From NCBI GenBank assembly GCA_965217585.1, contig OZ244561.1:4896001-4960000 (forward strand): 64,000 nucleotides of DNA, in the 5' to 3' direction. Position 1 is the stretch's first letter; each line of letters starts with the position of its first letter. Both the position numbers and the translations under genes were made by a program. The notes below the pieces were generated by a model. That model was not told the origin of the DNA, did not search any database, and was given only the letters and a program-made list of their open reading frames with translations. Source of the stretch: Candidatus Latescibacterota bacterium. GTDB taxonomy: Bacteria; Latescibacterota; UBA2968; UBA8231. Below are positions 48,801-58,980 of the stretch, in pieces.

Positions 48801-51128
48801 AGCACGGGAAATACACCCAACTGATAAGCAACGTGGCTCTAATCCGATATGCAGATGACTTCGTTATCTTCGCTACTACTAAGGAAGAAGCCGAATCATC
48901 GAAAGACCGCATAGACGATTGGCTCAAGGACAGAGGGCTGGAACTCTCGCAAGAGAAAACCAGTATCCGAAATCTGCGAGAAGGGTTTGACTTTTTGGGT
49001 TTCAACATCAAGGAATACCAGAAAGCAAGCACTGGAAAAGTCAAATTGTTCATCAGGCCCAGTCAGGATGCAGTCGCGCGATTTCAGGACAGGTTACGGC
49101 AGGAATGGACCAATCTACGGGGCCAAAATGCCGATACTGTAATGAGCAGACTTAATCCGATTCTTAGAGGTTGGGGAAACTACTATAAGCATGTAGTCTC
49201 ATCGCGCATCTTCAGCAAGATGGATGACTTCAACTACTGGAGAAGCCGTAGGTGGATGAATAAGACCCACCCGAAAAAGAGCGATGACTGGAAAACAAAC
49301 CGCTACCACCAAGTGCAAACCAAGCCGGGCTTAGTCAAAAGATTCGGGAATGTCGAAACAGGGCAATATCTCTTTCGATTGACTGACCTTCGGATTGATA
49401 GGCACATCCTAATCCGGCATGGAGCATCACCGGATGACCCAGAGATACGGAACTACTGGAAGAAAAGGGAGAAGCGGAAAACGGAACTCCTACCAAGTGC
49501 CAAGCATGAGGCATTGGCCCAACTGCAAGAGGGCGTGTGTGCCGAGTGCATGGGGAGCTTATACGGAGATGAAAAACTGGAAATTCATCACTGTATCCCA
49601 AAAGGTCAAAGTGGGAGGGACAAGCTCGTTAATCTCCGATTGGTTCACCGTATTTGCCATGAGCAAATAAGTTCCAAAACACTTAGAGGCGAAACGGTTT
49701 GCTTGAGCCGTGTGCGGTGAAAGTCGCACGCACGGTTCTGAGGGGGGCGGAGGCTGGCGACAGTCTCCGCCTACCCGACAAAACAGCGCCCACCCCGAGT
49801 TGGGCGTGGATTTTTTGCGCTTTATGACCTCGCGGGAGATGGCCGGCACCTTCGCCGAGATGCGCGATGTTTTGGTGGCCGTCGATGGGGCGATGGAAGG
49901 GCGGACCAGCGAGGATTTGCAGGATTTGGTGGAATTGGCGCAGCAGGCTTCTACGGCCTATGGCACCGCTCCGGGCGAGGGCTTCCCGGAGATGGACCAG
50001 TTCCTCAACGATGTGCGTTTCAAGATCGTCAATGGGCAGCTAACGCCGGAGGAGGGGGCCAGAGAGCTGGAGTCGGCGGCTGAGGCGGTGCGCAACCGCA
50101 GCCAGCACCCAGATCAGATTACCATCCGCCATCTGTGGAAACCTGCGCTGCTGTTGGGCCTTTTGGCGTTGGCGATGGGCTATTGGTTGTACACGACGGC
50201 GCGGCAGTGGCGCGCGAGGCAGGTCGGCCAAGCGCCACGGCCTACTAGCACCGTGCGTTTGAAGTGGGCTGGGGTGGTGTTCTTCGTCGGGCCGGCGGCG
50301 GCGTTCTACACGCTCTTCGTGGTGGTGCCCAGCATCAAGTCCTTCTTCTGGAGCGCGATGCGCTGGGACGGGCTGACGGAGATGGTCTTTGTCGGGCTGT
50401 TGCACTTCCAGCGGCTGCTTTTTGAGAGCGACGAGTTCTGGATCGCGCTGTCGAACAATCTCTTCATCATGTTCATCATCCCGCTCTGCGTGTTGCCGCT
50501 AGCGCTTTTTCTGGCGGTGTGCATCAGCCGCGAGGTCGTCGGGGCTAAGCTCTTCCGCATCGTCTTTTTCTTTCCCAACATTCTCGGCGGGGTCGCGGCG
50601 ACGCTGCTGTGGATGCACCTATACAATCCACAGGGCGGGCCGATCAACACGGTGTTGGTAGCCTTGGGATTGGAGGGGTTTGAAGGCTTTGCTTGGCTGG
50701 CGCAGGACAATCTCTACTGGGCGCTGATACCCATGTCGATCTGGGGTGCGGCCGGGTTCAATATGGTGCTGTTTTTGGCGGCGATGGAGAGTATTCCGCA
50801 GAGCATGTACGAGGCGGCTGACATCGACGGGGCCTCGGCTTGGCGGCAGTTTTGGTCGATTACGGTGCCGCTGATTTGGGAGGTGCTGTCGATAGCGATC
50901 GTGTTTATGATCATCGGCGGGATGAAGGCGTTTGAGGTGATTTGGCTGTTGACCAATCAGCGGCCGACGACTGACAACCACGTGATCGGCACGCGGATGG
51001 TGCAGGCGATGTTTACTGAGTTCAAGGTGGGGGAGGCGACCGCGATTGCAGTGTTGCTCTTTTTGATCGTGTTCTTTGGCACTACCGCGACCTTGCGCGC
51101 GATGAAGCGCGAAGCTGTGGAGTTTTGA
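45893..51128 (+). CDS. Fused solute-binding protein and carbohydrate ABC permease, split by an intron (join 45893-46856, 49780-51128; 770 aa)
   Basis: Splicing restores YYFVF-K-NSAHPELGVDFLRF in frame; C-terminal permease with MYEAADIDGAS. Confidence 0.9.
47301..47343 (-). terminator. Rho-independent terminator on the antisense strand inside intron domain II
   Basis: Minus strand AGAGGTGGGGGATGT..ACACCCCTGCCTCTTTTTTT; G-U pairs form only on this strand. Confidence 0.7.
47495..47656 (-). CDS. 53-aa hydrophobic peptide with acidic tail, antisense within the intron
   Basis: AGAGGAGG-7 nt-ATG; MSLGNIAIVGIPFIGKALSIPLIAAVGIPLAIGVGATLAAQSLLDDDQEEEDE. Confidence 0.65.
   Translation of the reverse strand: MSLGNIAIVGIPFIGKALSIPLIAAVGIPLAIGVGATLAAQSLLDDDQEEEDE
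48026..49720 (+). CDS. ltrA: Group II intron reverse transcriptase/maturase with HNH endonuclease
   Basis: AAGGAG SD; IPKANGKTRPLGIP, YGFRP, DADIKGAFD, GTPQGGVISP, RYADD, GWGNYY, C..C..EIHH..NLRLVH..CH. Confidence 0.97.
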   Translation: MGYPSDPLKLTRWNDIDWFNTIDAVKGLRQQIFRASKSGDKRKLKSLQRLMLKSKANAAVSVRQATQVNKGRGTPGTDDRIALTGELRTELMHEILSIDDWTPQPARRVNIPKANGKTRPLGIPAIADRCKQAMVKNALEPQWEARFEPCSYGFRPSRSCHDAIGRIFRVALPHGNKKWVVDADIKGAFDNISHEHLLDQLQGFPELGLIEKWLRAGVMIEGIFQETVMGTPQGGVISPLLLNVALHGMEDAVGVRYQQHGKYTQLISNVALIRYADDFVIFATTKEEAESSKDRIDDWLKDRGLELSQEKTSIRNLREGFDFLGFNIKEYQKASTGKVKLFIRPSQDAVARFQDRLRQEWTNLRGQNADTVMSRLNPILRGWGNYYKHVVSSRIFSKMDDFNYWRSRRWMNKTHPKKSDDWKTNRYHQVQTKPGLVKRFGNVETGQYLFRLTDLRIDRHILIRHGASPDDPEIRNYWKKREKRKTELLPSAKHEALAQLQEGVCAECMGSLYGDEKLEIHHCIPKGQSGRDKLVNLRLVHRICHEQISSKTLRGETVCLSRVR

Positions 51129-51130
51129 AT

Positions 51131-51988
51131 ATGGTCGAGCAACGCAAATTTTCTCTCGCCAAACCTTTCGTCTATCTGGCGCTATGCGGCTATCTGACGG
51201 TTGTGGTTTATCCGATGCTGTGGCTGTTGTACACCTCGCTAAAGACGGATCGCGAAATTTTCCTCAATCCCTTCAGCCTGCCCGAGCTTGGCGATCTGCA
51301 ATGGATCAACTTTACCAACGCTTGGACTAAGGGTCACTTCGGTGATTACTTCTTCAACAGCGTCTTTTTGACCGTCGCGACCGTGGCGGTCTCCATGCTG
51401 CTGGCGTCGATGGCGGCTTATGCGCTGGCGCGCTTTCGCTTCTTTGGGGTGCGGCCGATGTTTTTCTACTTCTTGGCCGGGCTGATGATTCCGTTGCAAC
51501 TGTCTATTGTGCCGCTCTTTTTTCAGATGAAGGACTTTGGATTGCTCAATTCGCGGCTGGGTATTCTGATGGTCTATGTGGCCTTTGGGATGCCGTTTGC
51601 CATCTTTATTCTCACGGGGTTTTTCAAGTCTTTGCCTTCTGGGTTGCACGAGTCGGCGCTGATCGATGGGGCGGGGGAGTTTCGGGCGTTTTGGTCGATT
51701 ATGTTGCCGTTGGCGCGGCCGGGGCTTATTACGGTGGGCATCTTCGCCTTTTTGGGGGCTTGGAACGAATTTTTTATGGCCTTTATGTTCCTGTCCGGGG
51801 AGGGGTCGCAGGAGTTGCGCACGCTGCCGTTAGGGCTGGCCAACATTACCATTGTCAGTCAGTATCGCAGCGATTGGGGCATGGCCTTTGCCGGGTTGGT
51901 GCTGATCATGGCACCGACGATGTTGGTGTACGCTTTTCTGCAGCAATACTTGACGAAGGGGATTACTGTTGGGGCGCTTAAGGGGTAG
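51131..51988 (+). CDS. Carbohydrate ABC permease
   Basis: ESALIDGAGEF, WNEF, TLPLGL, QQYLTKGITVGALKG. Confidence 0.93.
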   Translation: MVEQRKFSLAKPFVYLALCGYLTVVVYPMLWLLYTSLKTDREIFLNPFSLPELGDLQWINFTNAWTKGHFGDYFFNSVFLTVATVAVSMLLASMAAYALARFRFFGVRPMFFYFLAGLMIPLQLSIVPLFFQMKDFGLLNSRLGILMVYVAFGMPFAIFILTGFFKSLPSGLHESALIDGAGEFRAFWSIMLPLARPGLITVGIFAFLGAWNEFFMAFMFLSGEGSQELRTLPLGLANITIVSQYRSDWGMAFAGLVLIMAPTMLVYAFLQQYLTKGITVGALKG

Positions 51989-52064
51989 AAAGAGGCTGTG
52001 ACGATTGATGAGCAAAACGACGATACGGCTAACGGCAGCGTCTTCAGAACAGTGAGGAAGTAAT

Positions 52065-53165
52065 ATGCCAAAATTGAAGAATATAACGATCAGGGGCTTT
52101 CGGTCCATCAAAGAAATGACGCTGGAACTCCGGCCGCTCAATGTTTTGATCGGTGCCAATGGGGCTGGTAAGAGCAATCTCATTGCCTTCTTCAAGTTAG
52201 TAAATGAATTAATGGGTGGACGGCTTCAGCAACATATTGGGGCGACCGGGCGGGCCACGGCCAATTTGCATTTTGGCCCGAGGATAACTCCTCAATTGGA
52301 AGCGGAGATGGCGTTTGAGGTAGAAAATGGAACAGACACCTATAGAATGCGGCTGTTCCACGCTGCCGGTGATTCGATGATTTTTGCCGAAGAGACGCTC
52401 TCCTTCCATCAAATAGGCTATCCGAGACCAAAGGTAGTATCGCTAGGGATGGGCCATCAGGAAACGCAGATTGGAGACGAGGCAGAAAAGAACGAACCGG
52501 CGGCAAAAACACTCAGGTATTTGCTGAATCGCTGTTGCGTCTATCACTTCCACGATACATCGCCGACTTCGAGAGTCCGGCAGTATTGTTACGTCGGCGA
52601 CAACCGCTGGCTCATGCCCGATGCAGCGAATCTGGCAGCTTTACTGTATGCCCTCAAGTCCTCCAAAGAAACGGCTTATCGCCGGATTGTGGGGACCATT
52701 CGGCAGGTGGCACCGTTCTTTGAAGACTTTGATCTGGAGCCGACCGATTCTAAAGACATCATTCTCAACTGGCGGCATTGCAAGTCCGATCTCGTGTTCG
52801 GTCCTCACCAACTCTCAGATGGTACACTGCGGGCCATCTGCCTGATTTCGCTGTTGTTACAGCCCCAAGAAGATCTCCCGATACTCATAGTGGTGGACGA
52901 ACCGGAAATCGGATTGCACCCTTACGCGCTCAATGTGATTGCCTCGCTACTTCGCGCCACAAGCCACCATACGCAGGTTCTCGTCAGCACCCAGTCCAGC
53001 GCGTTTCTCGACAGCTTTGAGTCTGAGGATATCGTGGTTGTCGAGCGGAATGGTGAAGCCACGGAGTTCTCCAGACCAGATGCCGAAGAGCTCGAAACAT
53101 GGCTGGAGGAGTACTCGCTTGGGGAAATCTGGGAAAAGAACGTCATCGGCGGAGGGCCGCACTGA
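52065..53165 (+). CDS. AAA_21-type ABC ATPase
   Basis: GANGAGKSN, LSDGTLR, VVDEPEIGLHP, STQS. Confidence 0.92.
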   Translation: MPKLKNITIRGFRSIKEMTLELRPLNVLIGANGAGKSNLIAFFKLVNELMGGRLQQHIGATGRATANLHFGPRITPQLEAEMAFEVENGTDTYRMRLFHAAGDSMIFAEETLSFHQIGYPRPKVVSLGMGHQETQIGDEAEKNEPAAKTLRYLLNRCCVYHFHDTSPTSRVRQYCYVGDNRWLMPDAANLAALLYALKSSKETAYRRIVGTIRQVAPFFEDFDLEPTDSKDIILNWRHCKSDLVFGPHQLSDGTLRAICLISLLLQPQEDLPILIVVDEPEIGLHPYALNVIASLLRATSHHTQVLVSTQSSAFLDSFESEDIVVVERNGEATEFSRPDAEELETWLEEYSLGEIWEKNVIGGGPH

Positions 53166-53854
53166 TGGTGCGACTCCATCTCTTCGCCGAAGGTGAAACA
53201 GAGCTGACGTTTGCCGATACGGTCTTGAAGCCGCATCTAGCGAATCTCGGCGTCTATATGCAGAAACCGACCTTGATTGCCCACGCCCGGAAGAAGGGAA
53301 TAGTCCATCGAGGAGGAGGTAGAAACTTCAGGGCGATGCAGAATGACATCGATCGCCGTCTCAAGCAAGAGGCGGGGAATGATGTATTTTTTACCACGAT
53401 GATTGACCTTTATGCCTTGTCTGTGAAATTTCCCGGCGTTGAAGAAGCTAGGAAATTGCGCCACGATCCGTATAAACGGGTGGAGGCTCTCGAAAGATCG
53501 TGGTTCAACGAGACCGACGATCATCGCTTTATCCCGTTCATTCAGTTGCATGAATTTGAAGCGTATTTGTTTTCTGATGTATCCCAGTTCGCTTTCTTCT
53601 TTGATAATGCAGATCCCCCAATCTCCGCTTTGCAGAGCATTGTCGATGATGTTCAGTCCCCAGAACTGATTGACGACGGACAACATACGACTCCATCGCA
53701 GCGGATCATCGCCGAATTTCCCGAATACTCCAAAACAACAGTAGGACCGCAGATGGCCGAACGGATTGGCTTGGAGAACATCCGCTCCAAATGTCCTCAC
53801 TTTAAGGCGTGGGTTGAGCGACTTGAGAAACTCAGAGCACCGAAGCGGCCATAA
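53165..53854 (+). CDS. DUF4276 family protein (TOPRIM-like)
   Basis: FAEGETE, TTMIDLY, HEFEAYLFSD, PELIDD, CPHF..W. Confidence 0.85.
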   Translation: MVRLHLFAEGETELTFADTVLKPHLANLGVYMQKPTLIAHARKKGIVHRGGGRNFRAMQNDIDRRLKQEAGNDVFFTTMIDLYALSVKFPGVEEARKLRHDPYKRVEALERSWFNETDDHRFIPFIQLHEFEAYLFSDVSQFAFFFDNADPPISALQSIVDDVQSPELIDDGQHTTPSQRIIAEFPEYSKTTVGPQMAERIGLENIRSKCPHFKAWVERLEKLRAPKRP

Positions 53855-53857
53855 CAG

Positions 53858-56800
53858 GTGATGACCAAAACGACGCGACTGACAACAGCGGTTGAGACCT
53901 ATCTCGCCGATCTGCAACGAGTCCGCGCTTCCGGCGGCGCGACTGGTGAGCGGTCGATCTATGGGCCGCTCGCCAACTTGCTGAATGCCATCGGCGCAAC
54001 GCTCAAACCCAAGGTGTTTTGCGTCGGCGAGTTGGCCGATCAGGGAGCGGGGCATCCCGACTTTGGACTTTATGCAGCAAAGCAGGTGCAGAAGGGGCAA
54101 CCGAAACAGGGGCAGGTGCCCGAAGGCGGCGTGGTTGAAGTGAAGGCGGCTGACGATGACGCTTGGCTGACGGCGGCGGGCGATCAGGTCAGCCGCTATT
54201 GGGACCGCTATCGGCTGGTGCTGGTGACCAATACGCGCGACTTCGTGTTGGTGGGCGAGGATGCGGCGGGGCGACCGGCCAAGCTCGAAACGTTTCGGCT
54301 GGCGACAAGCGCGGCGGAGTTCGCGCAACGGTTGGAGAGTCCGCCTGCCTTTGCCGGTGAGGTCGGCACGGGTCTAGGGGAATATCTGTGCCGAGCGTTG
54401 TCGCATCGGGCGCGGCTGGTGGAGCCGAAGGACTTGGCTTGGCTGTTGGCGTCTCATGCTCGAGATGCGCTGGCGCGAGTCGAAGCCGCGGGCGATGCGC
54501 CGTCGTTGGCGGCAGTGCGGACGGCGCTGGAAGAGGCGCTGGGCGTCCGCTTTGAGGGCGAACGGGGGGCGCGGTTTTTCCGTTCGACGCTGGTGCAGAC
54601 GCTGTTCTACGGGGTGTTTTCCGCTTGGGTGCTGTGGGCGCGGCAAACACCGCCGCCCGTGAAAGCGTTCAATTGGCGCGAAGCGGTTTGGTATTTGCGG
54701 GCACCAGTGCTACGGGCACTGTTCCAACAAATCTCCGATCCCGGTCGACTGCAACCGCTCGGCCTTGTCGAGGTGCTAGACTGGACATCTGCTGCGCTCG
54801 ACCGGGTCGATTGCGACGCCTTCTTTGCCCGCTTCAACGAGGGCGAGGCTGTAACCTATTTCTACGAGCCGTTCCTCGAAGCCTTCGATCCCGATCTACG
54901 CAAGCAGTTGGGCGTTTGGTACACACCAGCGGAAGTGGTGCGCTACATGGTCGCCCGCGTCGATAAGGCGCTCCGGGACGATCTCGGCATTGCCGACGGG
55001 CTAGCGGCGGAAAACGTCTATGTGCTCGATCCGTGCTGCGGCACCGGGGCCTATCTCGCGGAAGTGCTGCGCCGCATTGCCGCCAATCTGGAAAGTCGGG
55101 GATTGGGTGCGCTGACCGGCGCGCGAGTCAAGCAGGCGGCGACCGAGCGCGTATTCGGCTTTGAGATTATGCCTGCGCCTTTTGTCGTCGCCCATCTACA
55201 AGTTGGGTTGACCATGCAGGCGCTCGACGCGGTGCTGGCCGATGACGGGCAGGAACGCGCCCAAGTGTTCCTCACCAATGCGCTGACCGGCTGGGAGCCG
55301 CACCCGACCAAGCCGTTGCCGTTTCCCGAACTGGAGGAAGAACGCGACCGCGCCGAGCGGGTGAAGCAGGAGACGCCGATTCTAGTGATTTTGGGCAATC
55401 CGCCCTATAACGGTTTTGCTGGCATGGCGGTGGACGAGGAGCGCGAGCTGTCGGAAGCCTACCGCATGACCAAGCGGGTGCGCCGACCTGAAGGCCAAGG
55501 GCTGAACGATCTCTATGTCCGCTTTTTCCGCATGGCGGAACGGCGCATTGCGAGGACGGGCCAAGGCGTGGTGTGCTTCATTTCCAACTATTCCTGGCTC
55601 GATGGGCTGTCGTTTACGGGAATGCGGGAGCGCTATCTGGAGACGTTCGACGCGATACGGATTGACTGCTTGAACGGCGACAAATACAAAACCGGCAAAG
55701 TTGCGCCGGACGGTTCGCCGGACCCGAGCATCTTTTCGTCACCGGACGATCCAGTCGGCATTCAAGTTGGGACGGCGATTGCAACGCTGGTGCGCAAGGC
55801 CGATCATGCACCAACTGGAGAGGTCGGCTTTCGGCATCTGTGGGGACAGGCCAAGCGCGAGGAACTGATTGAGACGGCAGAGGCGGAGCCGGGAAAGCTC
55901 TACGACAGCGTTAAGCCAGTGTTGCCGCTTGGTCTGCCGTTCGCACAAACGGCGGTGAGCAAGGATTGGTTCGACTGGCCTGCGCTGCCCGACTTGTTCC
56001 CGGTTTCGTTTCCCGGGGTCACCACTAGCCGCGACGGGTTTCTCGTCGATACCGATCTCGACCGGCTCAGGGAGCGAGTCTCCGACTACTTCAACCCACA
56101 GTTGAGTCATGAGGAAATCACGCGGCGCTATCCGGCGGCGATGAGAAAGCTGTCAGGGTCCGTAGCGTCCGATGCTCGTGCGGTACGTGACGCGCTACTC
56201 AAGCGTGGCGGCCCGAACGAGACCGGCTTCGTTCCCTACTCCTATCGGCCCTTCGACACCCGATGGCTCTATTGGGATATGGATGGCGGCTTGCTTGATC
56301 GTCCACGTCCCGACTACCAACCGAATGTATTCGAGGGGAACATATGGTTGTCCTCCGCTCAGCACCTGCGGAAGGGTGCGACGGAACCCCAAGTCTGCTT
56401 CACGCATCATATCGCGTCTTATCACATGATTGAGCGGGGTGCCCTTTGGTTCCCCGCTTACCTCCGCGATGACGGCTTCGGAATCGGCGGCAACGGAATA
56501 CAACGTCGCCCCAATTTGTCCGGTACCGCACAACGCTATCTCCACCATCTCGGCGCGAGCGTAGAGGACCTCTTCCACCACGTCCTCGCGACCCTCCACG
56601 ATCCTGCTTACCGCGAAGCCAACGCCGGGGCGCTCCGCATGGAATGGCCGCGCATCCCGCTGCCGGGCTGGCCCGATGGCGAAGCCGACGGCGCAGCAGA
56701 GACGCTCACTGCATCAGCGGCGCGGGGCCGCGAACTGGCCCGCCTGCTCAACCCCGAAGCGCCCGTGCCGGGCGTTACCCAAGGCACGTTGCGCCCGGAG

Positions 56801-57217
56801 GTCGCCGCCCTCGCCGTGCCCGCCACCACCGACGACCGCAATATGACCGGCGACGATTTCGCACTCACCGCCGGGTGGGGCCACTACGGAACGGGCGACG
56901 CCGTAATGCCGGGCCAAGGCCGCATCGTCGAACGCGAATACACGGACGATGAACGTGCCGCGCTAGGGGATGCCATATCCGCGCTCGGCGAAAAGACGCT
57001 GGACGTGTATCTGAACGACCACGCCTTCTGGCGCAACGTCCCCGCCGCAATTTGGGACTACAAACTCGGCGGCTACCAAGTCCTCAAGAAATGGCTATCC
57101 TACCGCGAGCGCGATGTGCTTGGGCGGGTGCTGACGCCGGAGGAAGTGCTGTATTTTGCGGAGATGACGAGGCGGGTTGGGGGGATGTTGGTGGTAACAG
57201 AGAAAAGCAGGGCGTGA
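53858..57217 (+). CDS. Type IIG/ISP-like restriction-modification enzyme (nuclease, N6-MTase, target-recognition domain)
   Basis: PDF...VEVK nuclease motif, GVWYTP, LDPCCGTG, GNPPY, YSYRPFD, GGYQVLKKWLSYR. Confidence 0.9.
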   Translation: MMTKTTRLTTAVETYLADLQRVRASGGATGERSIYGPLANLLNAIGATLKPKVFCVGELADQGAGHPDFGLYAAKQVQKGQPKQGQVPEGGVVEVKAADDDAWLTAAGDQVSRYWDRYRLVLVTNTRDFVLVGEDAAGRPAKLETFRLATSAAEFAQRLESPPAFAGEVGTGLGEYLCRALSHRARLVEPKDLAWLLASHARDALARVEAAGDAPSLAAVRTALEEALGVRFEGERGARFFRSTLVQTLFYGVFSAWVLWARQTPPPVKAFNWREAVWYLRAPVLRALFQQISDPGRLQPLGLVEVLDWTSAALDRVDCDAFFARFNEGEAVTYFYEPFLEAFDPDLRKQLGVWYTPAEVVRYMVARVDKALRDDLGIADGLAAENVYVLDPCCGTGAYLAEVLRRIAANLESRGLGALTGARVKQAATERVFGFEIMPAPFVVAHLQVGLTMQALDAVLADDGQERAQVFLTNALTGWEPHPTKPLPFPELEEERDRAERVKQETPILVILGNPPYNGFAGMAVDEERELSEAYRMTKRVRRPEGQGLNDLYVRFFRMAERRIARTGQGVVCFISNYSWLDGLSFTGMRERYLETFDAIRIDCLNGDKYKTGKVAPDGSPDPSIFSSPDDPVGIQVGTAIATLVRKADHAPTGEVGFRHLWGQAKREELIETAEAEPGKLYDSVKPVLPLGLPFAQTAVSKDWFDWPALPDLFPVSFPGVTTSRDGFLVDTDLDRLRERVSDYFNPQLSHEEITRRYPAAMRKLSGSVASDARAVRDALLKRGGPNETGFVPYSYRPFDTRWLYWDMDGGLLDRPRPDYQPNVFEGNIWLSSAQHLRKGATEPQVCFTHHIASYHMIERGALWFPAYLRDDGFGIGGNGIQRRPNLSGTAQRYLHHLGASVEDLFHHVLATLHDPAYREANAGALRMEWPRIPLPGWPDGEADGAAETLTASAARGRELARLLNPEAPVPGVTQGTLRPEVAALAVPATTDDRNMTGDDFALTAGWGHYGTGDAVMPGQGRIVEREYTDDERAALGDAISALGEKTLDVYLNDHAFWRNVPAAIWDYKLGGYQVLKKWLSYRERDVLGRVLTPEEVLYFAEMTRRVGGMLVVTEKSRA

Positions 57218-57222
57218 GTGAG

Positions 57223-58062
57223 ATGGACGACAAGAGATTCGAAAGTCCCGAGAAATTTCAAGCGTTTCTTGACGTAGTAAGCCAACACCTTGCGCCTCTA
57301 GTAATAGAATAGCAGCACCTCATGAAAATCGCTACTCCCGTAGTATTAGAGGTGATGTCGGAGTTTAAAAAATGGGATTTTAGCGACGAGGTTCTTGGGA
57401 AGGCCGGATGGTTACCCCATTACACAACGCCATTCGACGGTATCGCGGAATGTGGTAAGGACGACAAGGCAGTTCAAAGTCAACTCCTCGATTACTATGA
57501 GAATAACTGGCAAAATGTCCGCTCGGAAATAGAAATGCACCTATCGGGTTACAAGATAGATTCGGAAGCCAAAGCGACTCTTCGTGAAGCACTCGATGCT
57601 CATGAAGCTGGGCTTTATAGGTGCGTATGCCGTGTCTTATTTCCAGAAATCGAACGAGTGTTCCGCACAGAGTTATTTAATGGTAAAATTGGACATATCA
57701 CTTACGAAGAATTTATCAAAAAGCTGGTTGATGACGAGAAAAAATCCATTGATGCCTTTATACTTGAAGGTCTCTATGATCTGTCCATATTCGGACATCT
57801 GACAAAGGCCTTCCGAGAGAAGGATAGAAAAAAGCGCAAAGAAGAGCCTGTGTCCGAGAGTGACGAATTAATCTTCGGACTGTTTACAGACGTCAAGAGC
57901 GAAAAGCACCGTGAATGCCTCAAGCAGAACCCGGTTCCAAATCGTCATGCCGCCATACACGGCTTGGTAGCCTATTCCTCACAGCAGAACAGCTTGAATA
58001 TGATTTTCTTGGCCGATTATATTTTTCAGGTGATTAACTCTTCAAAGAATGCCGGACGGTAA
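57223..58062 (+). CDS. Putative HEPN-domain protein; in-frame TAG at 57310-57312 (or true start at 57322)
   Basis: NRHAAIHG RxxxxH motif; ATG 57223 is in frame with 57322; AT-rich. Confidence 0.6.
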
Positions 58063-58124
58063 AGGATCGCGGTCCTTAAACCGTCCATGTTGACATTACG
58101 CTGGTACTTGAAACCGCCATTAGA

Positions 58125-58355
58125 TCAATTACCGAGCAGATCAATAAATGCCTCTCGGTCAATCCCGACATCTCTCTGAATCTTGGACATAAGGCCAACG
58201 CCGATCGTTTCACCGCCGTGAATAGGCACAACCGTGCTCCGCCCATCAGGGTGCTTCATAATCGCATGACTCCCCCGTTGCCTCACAAGCTCGAAACCGA
58301 CTTTCCGCAGAGATCGGACCACATGAGCACCCGTCACGCGCGGCATTCTGTTCAT
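58125..58355 (-). CDS. hicA: HicA toxin
   Basis: GF..VRQRGSH..MKHPDGR.TVVPIH. Confidence 0.93.
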   Translation of the reverse strand: MNRMPRVTGAHVVRSLRKVGFELVRQRGSHAIMKHPDGRSTVVPIHGGETIGVGLMSKIQRDVGIDREAFIDLLGN

Positions 58356-58564
58356 ACGGATATTCTTTGAACGCCGACCAGTTCAAGCGGACTTGGAGCG
58401 TTTTCGCTATTGGCCTCAAGCCAGAGTGCGATTGCCTCCTCCATCCGTTCGAGCAACTGGTCGATTGACTTTCCTTGGGTATGACAGCCCGGAAGGCCGG
58501 GGACACTCCCAACGTAATAACCGTCTTCATCTTTCTCGATGACGATGGTGTATTCAGTACTCAT
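58352..58564 (-). CDS. hicB: HicB antitoxin (short form)
   Basis: IEKDEDGYYVGSVPGLPGCHTQG. Confidence 0.92.
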   Translation of the reverse strand: MSTEYTIVIEKDEDGYYVGSVPGLPGCHTQGKSIDQLLERMEEAIALWLEANSENAPSPLELVGVQRISV

Positions 58565-58719
58565 TGGATTCTCCCATAGCATTCCGCAGGACGCGGCAGA
58601 TTCAGAAAATAGTGATAAACCTCTGGTTAAGCGAAACTCTCACCTCCCATGTTTACTATTCGAGAACTTTTTGCATCGAAGATATTGACAAACAGCCCTC
58701 GAAAGGTAAATCTTAGCAT

Positions 58720-58980
58720 ATGTACGAAGTTCGCTATCAGAAGCAGGCTGCTAGCCAACTCTTTCGCATGTCGCGCAACGTTGCACAGCGGATTTGCGCC
58801 AAGATCGACGCGATTGCGGCGGCTCCTTATGCGGAGCATTCGAACGCGATGCGGCTGCGGGGAAGGGATGGCGACTTCCGGCTCCGCGTAGGTGTCTGGC
58901 GCGTGATATACTCGCTCAACGACGAGCGAAAAGTGTTGTTGGTGGCGAAGATCGACCAGAGAGGACGAGTTTACAGATGA
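58720..58980 (+). CDS. RelE/ParE toxin
   Basis: FRLRVGVWRVIY...IDQRGRVYR. Confidence 0.88.
   Translation: MYEVRYQKQAASQLFRMSRNVAQRICAKIDAIAAAPYAEHSNAMRLRGRDGDFRLRVGVWRVIYSLNDERKVLLVAKIDQRGRVYR

Larger units (their letters stand above)
46857..49779 (+). mobile_element. Group IIB (CL-like) intron, 2923 nt
   Basis: 5' GTGTG; EBS1 TGAAGA (47163-47168) in a hairpin loop pairs with exon end TCTTCA; DV GAGCCGTGTGCGGTGAAAGTCGCACGCACGGTTC; DVI with bulged A ending in AC. Confidence 0.95.

Noticed and set aside
53237-54328. 363-aa minus-strand ORF
   Set aside because: Shadow of the DUF4276 and RM genes
32583-57312. Amber (TAG) recoding suggested by in-frame TAGs at 32583 and 57310
   Set aside because: Many intact genes end at TAG at family-typical C-termini (e.g. 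20955, and 45786 before a terminator); nonsense mutation is simpler
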